A DNA stretch of 64,000 nucleotides from Patescibacteria group bacterium (GTDB taxonomy: Bacteria > Patescibacteriota > Minisyncoccia > JAHIHE01 > JAGLIN01): positions 4,512 to 68,511 of the forward strand of contig JARGGI010000003.1 in assembly GCA_029210775.1 (NCBI GenBank), given 5' to 3'. The translations under genes and the position numbers were made by a program. Shown piece after piece: positions 10,553-20,710 of the stretch. The notes under the pieces are model-generated. The model did no database searches, was not told the DNA's origin, and saw nothing but the letters and a program-made list of their open reading frames with translations. Numbering within the stretch: position 1 is the stretch's first letter; each line of letters starts with the position of its first letter.

Positions 10553-11878
10553 TTATGCTTTCAATCTTTTTTTAACTTCTTGAACAATACATTCCATCGT
10601 AACAACTTCTTGCATTCCGCTTTCCATATCTCTGATAATAACAGTGTCATCAAGGGCTTCTTTTTGTCCAATAATTAAAGCTAATTTAGAATTATATCTA
10701 TTCGCCATTCTTAATTGCGATTTAATGCTACCCCTCCCAAGAGACTCGCCAGCTACAATATTACTGTCAATTAATTTATCGAAGAGTCTTAATATTTTTT
10801 TTCTTGCCATATTTCCAAGCTGAACAAGAAACACATCTTTTCTAATTTTTTGTTCAAGATGAAATCCACTTGAAAGCAATCTTTCTACCGCTCTTTCAAT
10901 TCCAAATGAAAAACCGACGGCAGGAGTGTCTTCACCGCCCAATGTTCTAATTAAATCATTATACCTTCCTCCTCCTCCCAAAGAAGTTTGAGCTCCTTCC
11001 ACACCATCTTCCCATATTTCAAAAACTGTCTTCGTATAATAATCGAGACCTCGAACAAGACTCGAATTCAAAACATAAGAAATTTCAAGTTCATCCAAAA
11101 ATTCCAAAACATTTTTAAAATGATCATGACATCCTTCACAAAGATGATCAATAATTTGCGGAGCAGAAGAAGCAACTTGCATACACTTCTCTTCTTTACA
11201 ATCCAAAAGCCTAAGAGGATTTTCTGATAATCTTCTCTTACAATCCAAACACAACTTGTTAATTTTCATTTCATAATAATCAACCAACAATTTCTTATAG
11301 ACAGGCCGACACTCACTGCAACCAATACTATTAACTTGTATTGTTGTATTTTTTATACCTATTTTCTGAAAAATTTTCCAAGCTAAATAAATTATCTGAG
11401 CATCAACAGCAGAACATTCATCGCCAAAAATTTCAGCTCCAAATTGATGATGCTGTCTATATCTTCCTGCCTGGGGTTTCTCATAACGAAACATCGGACC
11501 TTCATAAAAAAGTTTTACGGGCTGAGACCACTTACTCATTCCATTTTCGATATAAGCTCTTGCAACTCCAGCCGTTCCTTCAGGTCTCAAAGATACCGCA
11601 TCTTTGCCTTGAGTTTCAAAAGTATACATTTCCTTTTCAACTATATCTGTTATTTGTCCCACGCCTCTATAAAAAAGTTCAGTGTGTTCCAAGATTGGAG
11701 TTTCAATTCTCCCAAATCCAAAATCATTACACAATTTTCGAGCTTTTTCAAGAATATAATCCCAAATAAATTGCTCTGGTGGCAAAATATCATTCATTCC
11801 TCTAACCGCCTGAACGGGAACTTTCTTTTTTCTATGCTTCTTATCTTCTTTTTTTTCGATTTTTTTTACTCTTGGCAT
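10553..11878 (-). CDS. hisS: histidine--tRNA ligase
   Basis: LRPEGTA, FRYEKPQAGRYRQH, LVRGLDYY, GGGGRY. Confidence 0.97.
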   Translation of the reverse strand: MPRVKKIEKKEDKKHRKKKVPVQAVRGMNDILPPEQFIWDYILEKARKLCNDFGFGRIETPILEHTELFYRGVGQITDIVEKEMYTFETQGKDAVSLRPEGTAGVARAYIENGMSKWSQPVKLFYEGPMFRYEKPQAGRYRQHHQFGAEIFGDECSAVDAQIIYLAWKIFQKIGIKNTTIQVNSIGCSECRPVYKKLLVDYYEMKINKLCLDCKRRLSENPLRLLDCKEEKCMQVASSAPQIIDHLCEGCHDHFKNVLEFLDELEISYVLNSSLVRGLDYYTKTVFEIWEDGVEGAQTSLGGGGRYNDLIRTLGGEDTPAVGFSFGIERAVERLLSSGFHLEQKIRKDVFLVQLGNMARKKILRLFDKLIDSNIVAGESLGRGSIKSQLRMANRYNSKLALIIGQKEALDDTVIIRDMESGMQEVVTMECIVQEVKKRLKA

Positions 11879-11916
11879 ATCTTATATTTTAAAATTTATA
11901 AAGTATATTTAACAAT

Positions 11917-12450
11917 TTAACTAAAAACACTTTCTGCAAATTGATCAATTTGTGATACTTTTTCAGAATTATTTTCAACCTCATTAGATTCTTTTGCTTC
12001 AAAGCTTAAATCTCCGATTGGAACAAGTCCAAGCTCATTTGAAATATATTCAAAATAATTAATAACTTTCATAGATGAAGCAGAGCCACTTTGTCCCACA
12101 CAAATAGAGGCAAATTTCTTCCCCTTTAATTTTTTAGTTGTATAAAATAAATTTAATCTATCAATAAAATTTTTCATCATTCCCGTAACACTATCAAAAT
12201 AAATTGGACTGCCAAAAATAATAATGTCACTTTCTTCAAGCTTTGAATATATTATTTGCATATCATCTTTGATATTGCACAAACCTGTTGAGTCACAAGT
12301 TAAACACCCGTTACAAAACTCAATACTTTTACTTTTAAGCATTACAAAATCAGTATCTAAACCTTTTTTTTCAGCATTAATTAATATTCTTTTCAAAATA
12401 AACTCCATATTTCCACTTCGAGGACTGCCACAAATTGCAATAACTCTCAT
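11917..12450 (-). CDS. flavodoxin family / iron-sulfur flavoprotein
   Basis: GSPR, CxxCxxC...C..KDDM, GSPIYF. Confidence 0.85.
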   Translation of the reverse strand: MRVIAICGSPRSGNMEFILKRILINAEKKGLDTDFVMLKSKSIEFCNGCLTCDSTGLCNIKDDMQIIYSKLEESDIIIFGSPIYFDSVTGMMKNFIDRLNLFYTTKKLKGKKFASICVGQSGSASSMKVINYFEYISNELGLVPIGDLSFEAKESNEVENNSEKVSQIDQFAESVFS

Positions 12451-12466
12451 AATTTTATAATATATA

Positions 12467-13063
12467 TTAATAATTTATTTCTTCAAACACAGCAAAATTT
12501 GAAACGGGCCATGCTCTAATCCATGCCTTTCCAACAATATAATGCTTTTCAAGCACTCCCCATCTGCGTGAATCAGCACTTGCTGTTCTATTATCTCCTA
12601 AAACATAATACTGATTGTTTTTCAATTCTTTTTCATAATCTCCCATCGTCAAAACATCACTTGGAAGATAAACACCCTCTTTAATTATAAACCCTTCTGG
12701 ATTTTCATTATTATATATTATTATCGTATTATCTTTAATTTTAATTTTTTCACCTGGTAAACCAATTACTCTTTTTATATAATATTCTCTTACATCATAT
12801 GGATAGTGAAAAATAATTACATCTCCACGCTCAGGCTCCCCCAGTCGATAACTAATTTCATCAACAATCAAATAATCACCATCGAAAAAATTTGGCTCCA
12901 TACTTTTTCCACTAACAAAAAATGGCTGCATAACAAACGCTCTAATTCCAATTATTACAACCAAACTTATAACTACGATTTTAATTGTCTCAAAAGAAAA
13001 GCTCTTAACTTCTGAAATAAACGATACTTTGTTGTTATTTTCATTTTTATTGTCTATATCCAT
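12467..13063 (-). CDS. lepB: signal peptidase I
   Basis: SMEP, IKRVIGLPGE, GDNRTASADSR. Confidence 0.96.
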   Translation of the reverse strand: MDIDNKNENNNKVSFISEVKSFSFETIKIVVISLVVIIGIRAFVMQPFFVSGKSMEPNFFDGDYLIVDEISYRLGEPERGDVIIFHYPYDVREYYIKRVIGLPGEKIKIKDNTIIIYNNENPEGFIIKEGVYLPSDVLTMGDYEKELKNNQYYVLGDNRTASADSRRWGVLEKHYIVGKAWIRAWPVSNFAVFEEINY

Positions 13064-13227
13064 TATTTATAAATATTATTAATTTAATAATCAAATGCGT
13101 AACAAGTTAAGAATACAACCTTTAAACGAAGAAGTCAACGGCTATATGGCTTTGATTATTAGACAATAAAGCCTGTTTATTATAAAATAAATTCAAATAG
13201 TCTTTTATATTTGTTTTTTCCATAAAA

Positions 13228-14553
13228 ATGCTAAAATTTTTAATAAAATTTATTGTTTTGTTAATTGTCATTATTTTTTTCTTTACCGCATCTCTATCCT
13301 ATCAATTCTTTTCAGCGGGACAAAAGATATTTGACAATTCAGAAAAAATTTCAATGATTAAGCAACTTGAAGAATTAGTTTTTAATCCCCCAAAATATTT
13401 GAAAGGAGAAGAGGAAAATCGAATTAATATTCTACTTATGGGAAAAGGTGGTGATGGACACAATGGCGGAGACTTAACAGATACAATTATAATTGCAAGC
13501 ATTAAACCTCAAGAAAACGAAGCTGCACTAATTTCAATTCCAAGAGATTTATATGTTAACATTCCTGGAACAAACATAAATACAAAAATAAATGCAGTGA
13601 AACCTTTTGGAGACAAAAGTAAAGAAAAAAACGGCACTGAATTGATAAAAAAATTAACAAGTGAAATTTCGGGTCTCGACATTCATTATTTTGTTGAATT
13701 GGACTTTAACGGTTTTATCAAGGTTATTGACGAGATAGGCGGAATTGATGTTTATTTAGAAAATGACATAAATGATCTAACATATCCAAATTTTAATAAA
13801 GGATATGACCCTTTTTATATTTCAAAAGGATGGCAGCACCTTGATGGCACAACAGCATTAAAAGTTGCAAGATCAAGACACAGTAAAATGGGAGATTTTG
13901 ATCGAATTAAAAGACAACAAATCATCATAAAAGCTACCAAGCAAAAAATATTTAAAAACTATTCGAAATACGATATTGTGGGATTTAAAAACATTTTAGA
14001 TTCTTTGAGTGAAAATTTAAAAACAGATATTCAACTGAAAGAGCTCCCTCGATTTTACAAAATTTCAAAAGAAATTAAAAATCACAAAATCACTGCCGAA
14101 ACAATTGATACACGAAAATATCTGAACCGCACCTATGTTGGAATGGGATATACTCTTCAAGCAAGAGATGAAGAATATGAGGAAATAAAAAATCTTACTG
14201 AGAATATTTTCAACTTTGAAATACCTCAAGAAAGAAAAGATCTCATAAAAAAAGAAGGTGCAAATATTGAAATCAGGAACGGAACAGGAACACTTGATCT
14301 GGCAAATAAAGTCGCTTTTGATTTGGAAGAATTTGGCTACAGAATTATCAAATCCACAAATATAGGTCCTCCCAGTTTCTCCGGTGCACAAATTTACAAT
14401 TATTCAGGAGATTTAAAACCGAACACTTTAGATTTTTTGAAAGAAAAGTTTAATGCTGTTATAATAGAAACATCAAACACCGAAGACGAACAAATGTTTA
14501 TTCGCCCTAATACTAAAGCGGATTTTGTGATTGTGTTAGGAAGAGGATTCTAA
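13228..14553 (+). CDS. LCP (LytR-CpsA-Psr) family protein with LytR_C domain
   Basis: LTDTIII, SIPRDLY, ARSRH..GDFDRIKRQQ, C-terminal NGTG...IVLG. Confidence 0.92.
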   Translation: MLKFLIKFIVLLIVIIFFFTASLSYQFFSAGQKIFDNSEKISMIKQLEELVFNPPKYLKGEEENRINILLMGKGGDGHNGGDLTDTIIIASIKPQENEAALISIPRDLYVNIPGTNINTKINAVKPFGDKSKEKNGTELIKKLTSEISGLDIHYFVELDFNGFIKVIDEIGGIDVYLENDINDLTYPNFNKGYDPFYISKGWQHLDGTTALKVARSRHSKMGDFDRIKRQQIIIKATKQKIFKNYSKYDIVGFKNILDSLSENLKTDIQLKELPRFYKISKEIKNHKITAETIDTRKYLNRTYVGMGYTLQARDEEYEEIKNLTENIFNFEIPQERKDLIKKEGANIEIRNGTGTLDLANKVAFDLEEFGYRIIKSTNIGPPSFSGAQIYNYSGDLKPNTLDFLKEKFNAVIIETSNTEDEQMFIRPNTKADFVIVLGRGF

Positions 14554-14563
14554 GAATAATAAC

Positions 14564-14703
14564 TGTCATTGCGAGAAATAAAACGAAGCGATTGCGTAGT
14601 AGAATAATGAAGCAATCCCGTAACTACGCACGAGAAATTTAATTATAGGATTGCTTCGTTATATTCTCATTCATTACGCTCATAAGGGCATTTCGCAATA
14701 ACA
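14564..14703. repeat. palindromic REP/RPE-like element
   Basis: Outer arms TGTCATTGCGA / TCGCAATAACA and inner arms GAAGCAATCC / GGATTGCTTC. Confidence 0.7.
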
Positions 14704-14727
14704 TTTTTAATTATAAAACTTACCCAT

Positions 14728-15255
14728 ATGAAATTAATTATCGGTCTTGGAAATCCTGGTGACGAATTTAAAAAAACCAGACATAATACTGGTTTCATGA
14801 CAATTGATAAAATTGCTTTGACTTTTCAAATTTCATCTCCCACTTTTCAATCAAAATTCAATGCTGAAATTTCAAACGGTTCTATTGATAATGAAAAAAT
14901 AATACTCGCAAAACCGCAAACCTTTATGAACAACTCAGGTCAAGCAGCCAAATCTATTATAGAATACTATAAAATTAAGCCAGAAGAAATTATTGTTATT
15001 CACGACGATCTTGATATTCCTCTCGGAGAATATAAAATCTCAAAAAATAAAAATTCCGGTGGACATAAGGGAGTCCAGTCAATTATTGATTATTTAGGAA
15101 CGAAGGATTTTACTAGAATTAGAATTGGGATTGGAATTCCATCAAATGAAAATGAAAAAATCCCAACAGAAAAGTTTGTTCTTAAAAAATTTAGCAACAA
15201 TGAAATTAAAATCGTTGAAAAAATAATTAATAACATCGTTAACCAAATTTTATAA
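14728..15255 (+). CDS. pth: peptidyl-tRNA hydrolase
   Basis: GLGNPG, TRHNTGF, KPQTFMNNSG, HDDLD, GGHKG. Confidence 0.96.
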   Translation: MKLIIGLGNPGDEFKKTRHNTGFMTIDKIALTFQISSPTFQSKFNAEISNGSIDNEKIILAKPQTFMNNSGQAAKSIIEYYKIKPEEIIVIHDDLDIPLGEYKISKNKNSGGHKGVQSIIDYLGTKDFTRIRIGIGIPSNENEKIPTEKFVLKKFSNNEIKIVEKIINNIVNQIL

Positions 15256-15265
15256 AAATATACTA

Positions 15266-15289
15266 AAGGAAGAATTTAGCCTCTTCCTT
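15266..15289. terminator. hairpin terminator between pth and the candidate ncRNA
   Basis: AAGGAAGA-N8-TCTTCCTT. Confidence 0.55.
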
Positions 15290-15308
15290 GTTAGTTCTTA
15301 TATTATAC

Positions 15309-15436
15309 CGTCAACTATCCTGTTTATAAGCATAAGGTCCAAATTTACAAGAAAAATAAACCTTAATCTTAGAGCTAATCATACAACTAAGGAGGGATTG
15401 TTGTATTTTCACCACTCATAAACAGGATAGTGGACG
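15309..15436 (-). ncRNA. candidate structured ncRNA (or MITE) closed by a 22-bp stem
   Basis: Terminal inverted repeat plus two internal hairpins whose mismatches read as G-U on the minus strand; TTGACA-17-TATTCT promoter upstream at 15501-15529. Confidence 0.5.
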
Positions 15437-15553
15437 CTAATTTTTGTTTAAAATAAGCAGACAATCAAATATATAGATTACTTTTCTTTCCCAACTTGAC
15501 AGAATATCACAAATCAAGGAAAATGTCAAGGCATTTCCCAATAAAAAAAATAA

Positions 15554-16648
15554 ATGACAAATGAGCACAAATATTACAACGCATTCAATTTAATCCCGCA
15601 AATAGGACCATTGCGATTCAAAAAATTACAAAGTTATTTTGAATCAATGGAAAGCGCCTGGAATGCAAATTCAGAGGAATATATAAAAGCGGGGTTGGAA
15701 AACAATATAGCCGAAAAAATCATTCTCACAAAAAACAAAATTTCACCAGAAGAAGAATTTGAAAAACTTGAAAAAGAAAATATACAAATAGTTATCACAA
15801 GAGATAAATTGTATCCTAGTTTTCTCAAAGAAATTCACAGCGCTCCAGCACTACTTTATTATAAAGGCGAGATGAAAAGCGACGAACTTGCCATAGCAAT
15901 TGTTGGCTCACGAAAAGTTTCTATATATGGAAGACAAGTCACTGAACAGTTTGCAAAAGAACTGTCTCAAGCTGGAATGAATATTGTGAGTGGAATGGCT
16001 TTAGGAATTGATGGCATTGCGCACAGAGAATGTATAAAACAAAAAAATAGAACCATCGCTGTTCTTGGAAGCGGAATTGACACAAACAGCATCTATCCAT
16101 CAAGTAATCATCAAATTGCCGAAGAAATAATTTCAACTGGAGGTGCAGTGCTCAGTGAATATCCAATTGGCACACCTCCACTCAAACAACATTTTCCTGC
16201 CCGAAACAGAATTATAAGCGGTCTTTCTCTCGGAATTTTGGTAATTGAAGCAGCACAGTCTTCAGGAGCGCTCATTACTGCGAAATTCGCTCTTGAACAA
16301 AACCGAGAAGTGTTTGCAATTCCTGGAAATATATATTCCAAAACATCAGAAGGTACAAATAATCTAATTAAACTCGGAGCAAAACTTGTAACAAAAACGA
16401 AAGATATTTTGGAAGAGCTCAACCTTAAATTTATGACTGAAATCAAAAAAGCCAAAGAAATAATCCCAGATAATGAAGAAGAAAAAATAATTTTAGAAAA
16501 CCTATCCCTTGATGAACCAATTCACATTGACCAACTTGCAAAAAAAATTAAAATGAATGTAACTGCAGTTTCAAGCTTGTTGACACTTATGGAGATAAAA
16601 GGTAAAGTCAAAAATATTGGTGGGATGAGATATGTCGTAGCGAGTTAA
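15554..16648 (+). CDS. dprA: DNA-processing protein DprA
   Basis: AIVGSR, VSGMALGIDG, FPARNRIISGLS, SGALITA. Confidence 0.96.
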   Translation: MTNEHKYYNAFNLIPQIGPLRFKKLQSYFESMESAWNANSEEYIKAGLENNIAEKIILTKNKISPEEEFEKLEKENIQIVITRDKLYPSFLKEIHSAPALLYYKGEMKSDELAIAIVGSRKVSIYGRQVTEQFAKELSQAGMNIVSGMALGIDGIAHRECIKQKNRTIAVLGSGIDTNSIYPSSNHQIAEEIISTGGAVLSEYPIGTPPLKQHFPARNRIISGLSLGILVIEAAQSSGALITAKFALEQNREVFAIPGNIYSKTSEGTNNLIKLGAKLVTKTKDILEELNLKFMTEIKKAKEIIPDNEEEKIILENLSLDEPIHIDQLAKKIKMNVTAVSSLLTLMEIKGKVKNIGGMRYVVAS

Positions 16649-16927
16649 AAGTTCAAATGAAAAACTTAAAGTTTATAAATATTTTTAAATATTAGTTAAA
16701 AAAATTCTCACTTTATATATATCATTTTAAACTTGATTTAGAATCTGTCTTCGCTTTTCATTAAATTTATATTATTTTTAATAAATACTCGCTAATAGCC
16801 AATATATAAAAATTAGATATTAAAAATATTTATTTTAACATACAAAAGATTCTGTTCTAAATGAAAAATGACAGTTTATATATAGAGATAGAAGAAATAA
16901 AAAAAGAGATGTAATAAAATATTATTT

Positions 16928-19150
16928 ATGTCAAATACAAAAATGAAAAAACTTATCATTGTTGAATCACCCACCAAAGCCAAAACTATCACAAAATTTT
17001 TGGGAAAAGAATATATTGTCAAATCTTCATTTGGACATCTTCGGGATTTGCCGAAAAGCAAGTTAGGAGTTGATACAGAAAATAATTTTGAGCCAGAATA
17101 TGTCATCAATGACAAGAGCAAAAAACAAGCTAACGAACTGAAAAAATATGCCAAACAGTGTGATGAAATCATTTTGGCATCTGATGAGGATCGCGAAGGA
17201 GAAGCAATTGCTTGGCATCTTGCACAAATTCTGAATCTTGAAGGATTTGGAAATGGAAAAAACGAGATGAAATATAAAAGAATTGTTTTTCATGAAATCA
17301 CAAAAACTGCTATTGAAGAAGCTTTGAAAAATCCGCGCAAAATTGACATCAATTTAGTTGATGCGCAGCAAGCCCGCCGAATTCTTGATCGTCTTGTGGG
17401 CTATAAACTTTCTCCCCTTCTTTGGAAAAAAATTCGTTATGGTCTTTCTGCTGGCCGAGTTCAGTCTGTGGCAGTTCGCTTGATTTGTGAAAGAGAAGAA
17501 GAAATTAATAAGTTTAATCCTGAAGAATATTGGTCAATTGAAGCGATACTTCAAAAAAATGGCAACGACACAAAAATCAAATCTCGACTCATGAAAATTT
17601 CGAGTAAATCTATTCCAAAGCTCGGTGTCAAAACTCAAAAAGAAGCTGAAAAAATCAAAACTGATCTTGAAAAAGCAATTTATAAAATTGAAAAAATCAG
17701 AAAGAAAGAAACTAAAAAAAATCCACTTCCACCCTTTACGACCAGCACACTGCAACAAGCTGCCAGCAATCGATTTGGATATAGTGCCAAACAAACCATG
17801 ATGATTGCCCAACAACTTTACGAAGGAATTGACATTGGCGACAAAGGATCCAGTGGTTTGATAACTTATATGAGAACCGATTCCTTAAATCTGAGCAAAA
17901 GCTCTCTTGAATCAGCCAAAAAATATATCACCGCTAAATTTGGTAAAGAATATTCCGAACAAAGAGTTTTCAGAACTAAAAACAAAGGTGCTCAAGAAGC
18001 ACATGAAGCAATTCGCCCTGCCAATCCAGAGCTTGAACCAGACAGCATTAAAAATTTTCTTGATAATAAACAATTCAAGCTATATGAATTGATTTGGCAA
18101 AGAATGCTTGCTTCTCAAATGGCCAGTGCGATTACAGATTCAACGACCGTTGATATTTTGACTGACAATAAATATACTCTCCGTGCCAACGGTTCAACAA
18201 TCAAATTTGAAGGTTTTTTAAAAGTATATCCAACAAAATCTGAAGAAATTATTTTACCAGAACTTTCTAAAAAAGAAACACTTAATCTTTTGAAAATTAT
18301 TAATGAACAACACTCCACTCAACCTCCTGCAAGATTCAACGAAGCAAGTTTGATTAAAATTCTCGAAGAACTTGGAATTGGTAGACCTTCAACCTATGCT
18401 CCAACAATTAGCACAATTCAAGATCGTGGCTATGTAGAAAAAATTGAGAAGAGACTTCACCCTCAAGAAATTGGTATATTAGTAAATAAGTTATTAGTTC
18501 AACATTTTCCAGAAACTGTAGATGTAAAATTCACAGCAAAAATGGAAAGCGACCTAGATGAAGTTGCCGAAAACAAAAAAAATTGGGTAAAAATTTTAAA
18601 TGATTTTTATAAACCGTTTAATAAAAATTTAATGGAAAAAGATAAAGAAATTGATAAAAAAGAACTCACTGAGGAAAAGACCGATGAAAAATGTGAGAAA
18701 TGTGGTTCTCCTATGATTATTAAACTTGGACGCTTTGGTAAATTTATGGCTTGTACAAATTATCCCGATTGTAAAACAACAAAACAACTCGGAGAAGAAA
18801 AAGAACTGAATGAAGAATTTTCTGATGAAAAATGTGAGAAATGTGGAAAACCAATGGCAGTAAAAAGAGGTCGATTCGGAACATTTTTAGGATGTACTGG
18901 TTATCCTGATTGCAAAACAATAAAACCAATTGTGAAGTCAACAGGAACAAAATGTCCCCAATGCAATAAAAATGACATTGTAGAAAAAAAATCAAAAGCA
19001 GGTAGAACATTTTTTGCCTGCAATGGCTATCCTGATTGTAAATTTGCTCTCTGGAGCAAACCAACGGGAGAAAAATGTCCCAAGTGTCAAAGCTTAATGA
19101 TTTTTGCAAAAAATGACAGTACAATATGTTCAAACAAAGAATGTAAATAG
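16928..19150 (+). CDS. topA: DNA topoisomerase I
   Basis: IVESPTK, DEDREGEAI, SAGRVQS, ITYMRTDS, C-terminal Zn ribbons. Confidence 0.98.
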   Translation: MSNTKMKKLIIVESPTKAKTITKFLGKEYIVKSSFGHLRDLPKSKLGVDTENNFEPEYVINDKSKKQANELKKYAKQCDEIILASDEDREGEAIAWHLAQILNLEGFGNGKNEMKYKRIVFHEITKTAIEEALKNPRKIDINLVDAQQARRILDRLVGYKLSPLLWKKIRYGLSAGRVQSVAVRLICEREEEINKFNPEEYWSIEAILQKNGNDTKIKSRLMKISSKSIPKLGVKTQKEAEKIKTDLEKAIYKIEKIRKKETKKNPLPPFTTSTLQQAASNRFGYSAKQTMMIAQQLYEGIDIGDKGSSGLITYMRTDSLNLSKSSLESAKKYITAKFGKEYSEQRVFRTKNKGAQEAHEAIRPANPELEPDSIKNFLDNKQFKLYELIWQRMLASQMASAITDSTTVDILTDNKYTLRANGSTIKFEGFLKVYPTKSEEIILPELSKKETLNLLKIINEQHSTQPPARFNEASLIKILEELGIGRPSTYAPTISTIQDRGYVEKIEKRLHPQEIGILVNKLLVQHFPETVDVKFTAKMESDLDEVAENKKNWVKILNDFYKPFNKNLMEKDKEIDKKELTEEKTDEKCEKCGSPMIIKLGRFGKFMACTNYPDCKTTKQLGEEKELNEEFSDEKCEKCGKPMAVKRGRFGTFLGCTGYPDCKTIKPIVKSTGTKCPQCNKNDIVEKKSKAGRTFFACNGYPDCKFALWSKPTGEKCPKCQSLMIFAKNDSTICSNKECK

Positions 19151-19199
19151 TAAAAAATTATAAAACTTCTTATTAATTTTTTAATCATAAGTCAAAGAT

Positions 19200-19766
19200 A
19201 TGAAAAAAATAATAATAGGAGCTTCTGGAGATGTTGGAAGTTTTTCCGCACAAGCTTCAAAAGAATATGCAAGAACAAATAACATAATAAATTACGAAAT
19301 TAAATATCTAATATCCGTAGAAAAAGTACTCAAAGAACTTGATGAAAAAAAAATTGACCTTGGAGTATTTCCGATTGAAAACTCAAATGGTGGAATTGTA
19401 ATTGAAAGCATAAATGCAATGAGTAAACATATTTTCAAGATAAAAAATATATTTGAGATTCCAGTAGTTCAATGTCTTTTGACAAAACCTGGAATTGAAA
19501 AAGAAGACATAAAAACAATTGCGTCTCATGATCAGGCCCTAAAACAATGTAAAACTTATCTCAAAAGAAGTTGGACAGAAACTGAATTAACAGAAACTGA
19601 AGATACTGCAAAATCCGCAAAAGAGCTCTCGGAAGGAATTCTTAGTGAAGACACCGCAGTTCTTGCTCCTGAAAGTTGCGCAACCCTATATGGACTTATT
19701 GTTATGGAAAAAGGAATTCAGGATTTAAAATTCAACTTTACGAATTTCTTGGTGGTGGAAAAATAA
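19200..19766 (+). CDS. pheA: prephenate dehydratase catalytic domain (no ACT domain), copy 1
   Basis: GSFS, PIENSNGG, SHDQALKQC, IQDLKFNFTNF. Confidence 0.85.
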   Translation: MKKIIIGASGDVGSFSAQASKEYARTNNIINYEIKYLISVEKVLKELDEKKIDLGVFPIENSNGGIVIESINAMSKHIFKIKNIFEIPVVQCLLTKPGIEKEDIKTIASHDQALKQCKTYLKRSWTETELTETEDTAKSAKELSEGILSEDTAVLAPESCATLYGLIVMEKGIQDLKFNFTNFLVVEK

Positions 19767-19795
19767 AAATCAAAAAAATAAGAGAGTATTATTTT

Positions 19796-19990
19796 TTACT
19801 CTCTTTTTTCATTTATTTTTTCTTTTAATGCAATAGTCGCAGCCTGTAAGGCTTTTTTTTGATCCGAAGGCTCTATTGCGTCAATATGTTTCTCTATATA
19901 CTTAATATAAATATTCGCCATCGTAATGTCATCGCGTTCAAAACTGTCAGTAGCCCTGCGAAGTTCCTGTTCAAGGTAATCTAAATTCAT
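19796..19990 (-). CDS. small hypothetical protein, second ORF of the Phe-attenuated unit
   Basis: 64-aa helical-looking ORF with AAGGAG SD. Confidence 0.7.
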   Translation of the reverse strand: MNLDYLEQELRRATDSFERDDITMANIYIKYIEKHIDAIEPSDQKKALQAATIALKEKINEKRE

Positions 19991-20045
19991 TTCAATTCTC
20001 CTTTAAATTTTTCTTACGCTTTCTATTTGTTTTATGAAAATTCGT

Positions 20046-20339
20046 TTAAACTGAAACAATTGCTAACATTTCCAACTTTTTTGTTGTTCCAAGTTTCAAC
20101 CAATACTCGAAGTTATCCCAAGCAATTTCATAAAATATCACTTTTTCAGAATCAATAGTCTCGAGATAAATATTTTTGATAAAATTTAAATCATCCTCTC
20201 CTCTTAATCCTACAACCACTGAATCATTCTTTATAGAATAATATATCCAAAAATTGTTCCCTATTATCGTTCTTCTTATTACATTTATAATATTTTCAAG
20301 AAACACATTGTCTACTGACTCAAAATATATATAATACAT
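20046..20339 (-). CDS. hypothetical protein, first ORF after the tRNA-Phe-like gene
   Basis: 97 aa, SD GGAGGAGAAGGAG, aromatic-rich start MYYIYF. Confidence 0.7.
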   Translation of the reverse strand: MYYIYFESVDNVFLENIINVIRRTIIGNNFWIYYSIKNDSVVVGLRGEDDLNFIKNIYLETIDSEKVIFYEIAWDNFEYWLKLGTTKKLEMLAIVSV

Positions 20340-20391
20340 CTCCTTCTCCTCCGTCTTATTTTCAATTGTAAAGGTACGTTTTTGTTTTAGA

Positions 20392-20465
20392 TGCGCTGAG
20401 TGAGATTTGAACTCACGACCTCCCGGTTTTCAAACGGGTCTCTTCCTAATCTGAGATATCAGCGC
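20392..20465 (-). tRNA. atypical tRNA-Phe(GAA)-like RNA
   Basis: Acceptor GCGCTGA/TCAGCGC + A73, D arm TCTC/GAGA, anticodon loop TT-GAA-AA, T arm GTGAG-TTCAAAT-CTCAC; lacks nt 26, T-C mismatch at 31-39, no encoded CCA. Confidence 0.8.
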
Positions 20466-20563
20466 ACTTTTGTTTTTGTTTTGAGTAAATTATTTCTAAT
20501 CTACCCCTCGAAATTTTAATTAACTCAAAATCCTAAGGGGTATCTAAGAAAATTTTTTTCAAC

Positions 20564-20588
20564 AAAAAAACCATCTCTGCGATGGGTT
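20564..20588 (-). terminator. attenuator terminator of the Phe leader
   Basis: CCATC-GCAGA-GATGG followed by T7; its 5' arm can alternatively pair with 20612-20622. Confidence 0.8.
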
Positions 20589-20614
20589 ATTACTCTAATA
20601 TACACTAAAACAAC

Positions 20615-20677
20615 CTATCGCACATGACGGCTAAAAAAACTAAAAAAGAAATACCAATTGTTTTGCATATAACTCAT
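20615..20677 (-). CDS. Phe-rich attenuator leader peptide MSYMQNNWYFFFSFFSRHVR
   Basis: Manual translation; 5 Phe codons in a 6-codon stretch, preceded by Trp-Tyr; stop codon lies inside the antiterminator strand. Confidence 0.8.
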   Translation of the reverse strand: MSYMQNNWYFFFSFFSRHVR

Positions 20678-20710
20678 ATCTGAATTAAATTTATTTATTA
20701 CTTTAAAGCA

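Noticed and set aside
773-19133. Numerous antisense/shadow ORFs (e.g. 773..1033, 5440..5931, 11341..11920, 16876..17172, 18744..19133)
   Set aside because: They overlap well-supported genes on the opposite strand or frame and have no motifs.
20340-20700. T-box riboswitch explanation for the Phe region
   Set aside because: No T-box consensus (AAGGTGGnACC) or stem I was found. The leader ORF and terminator geometry fit ribosome-mediated attenuation instead.
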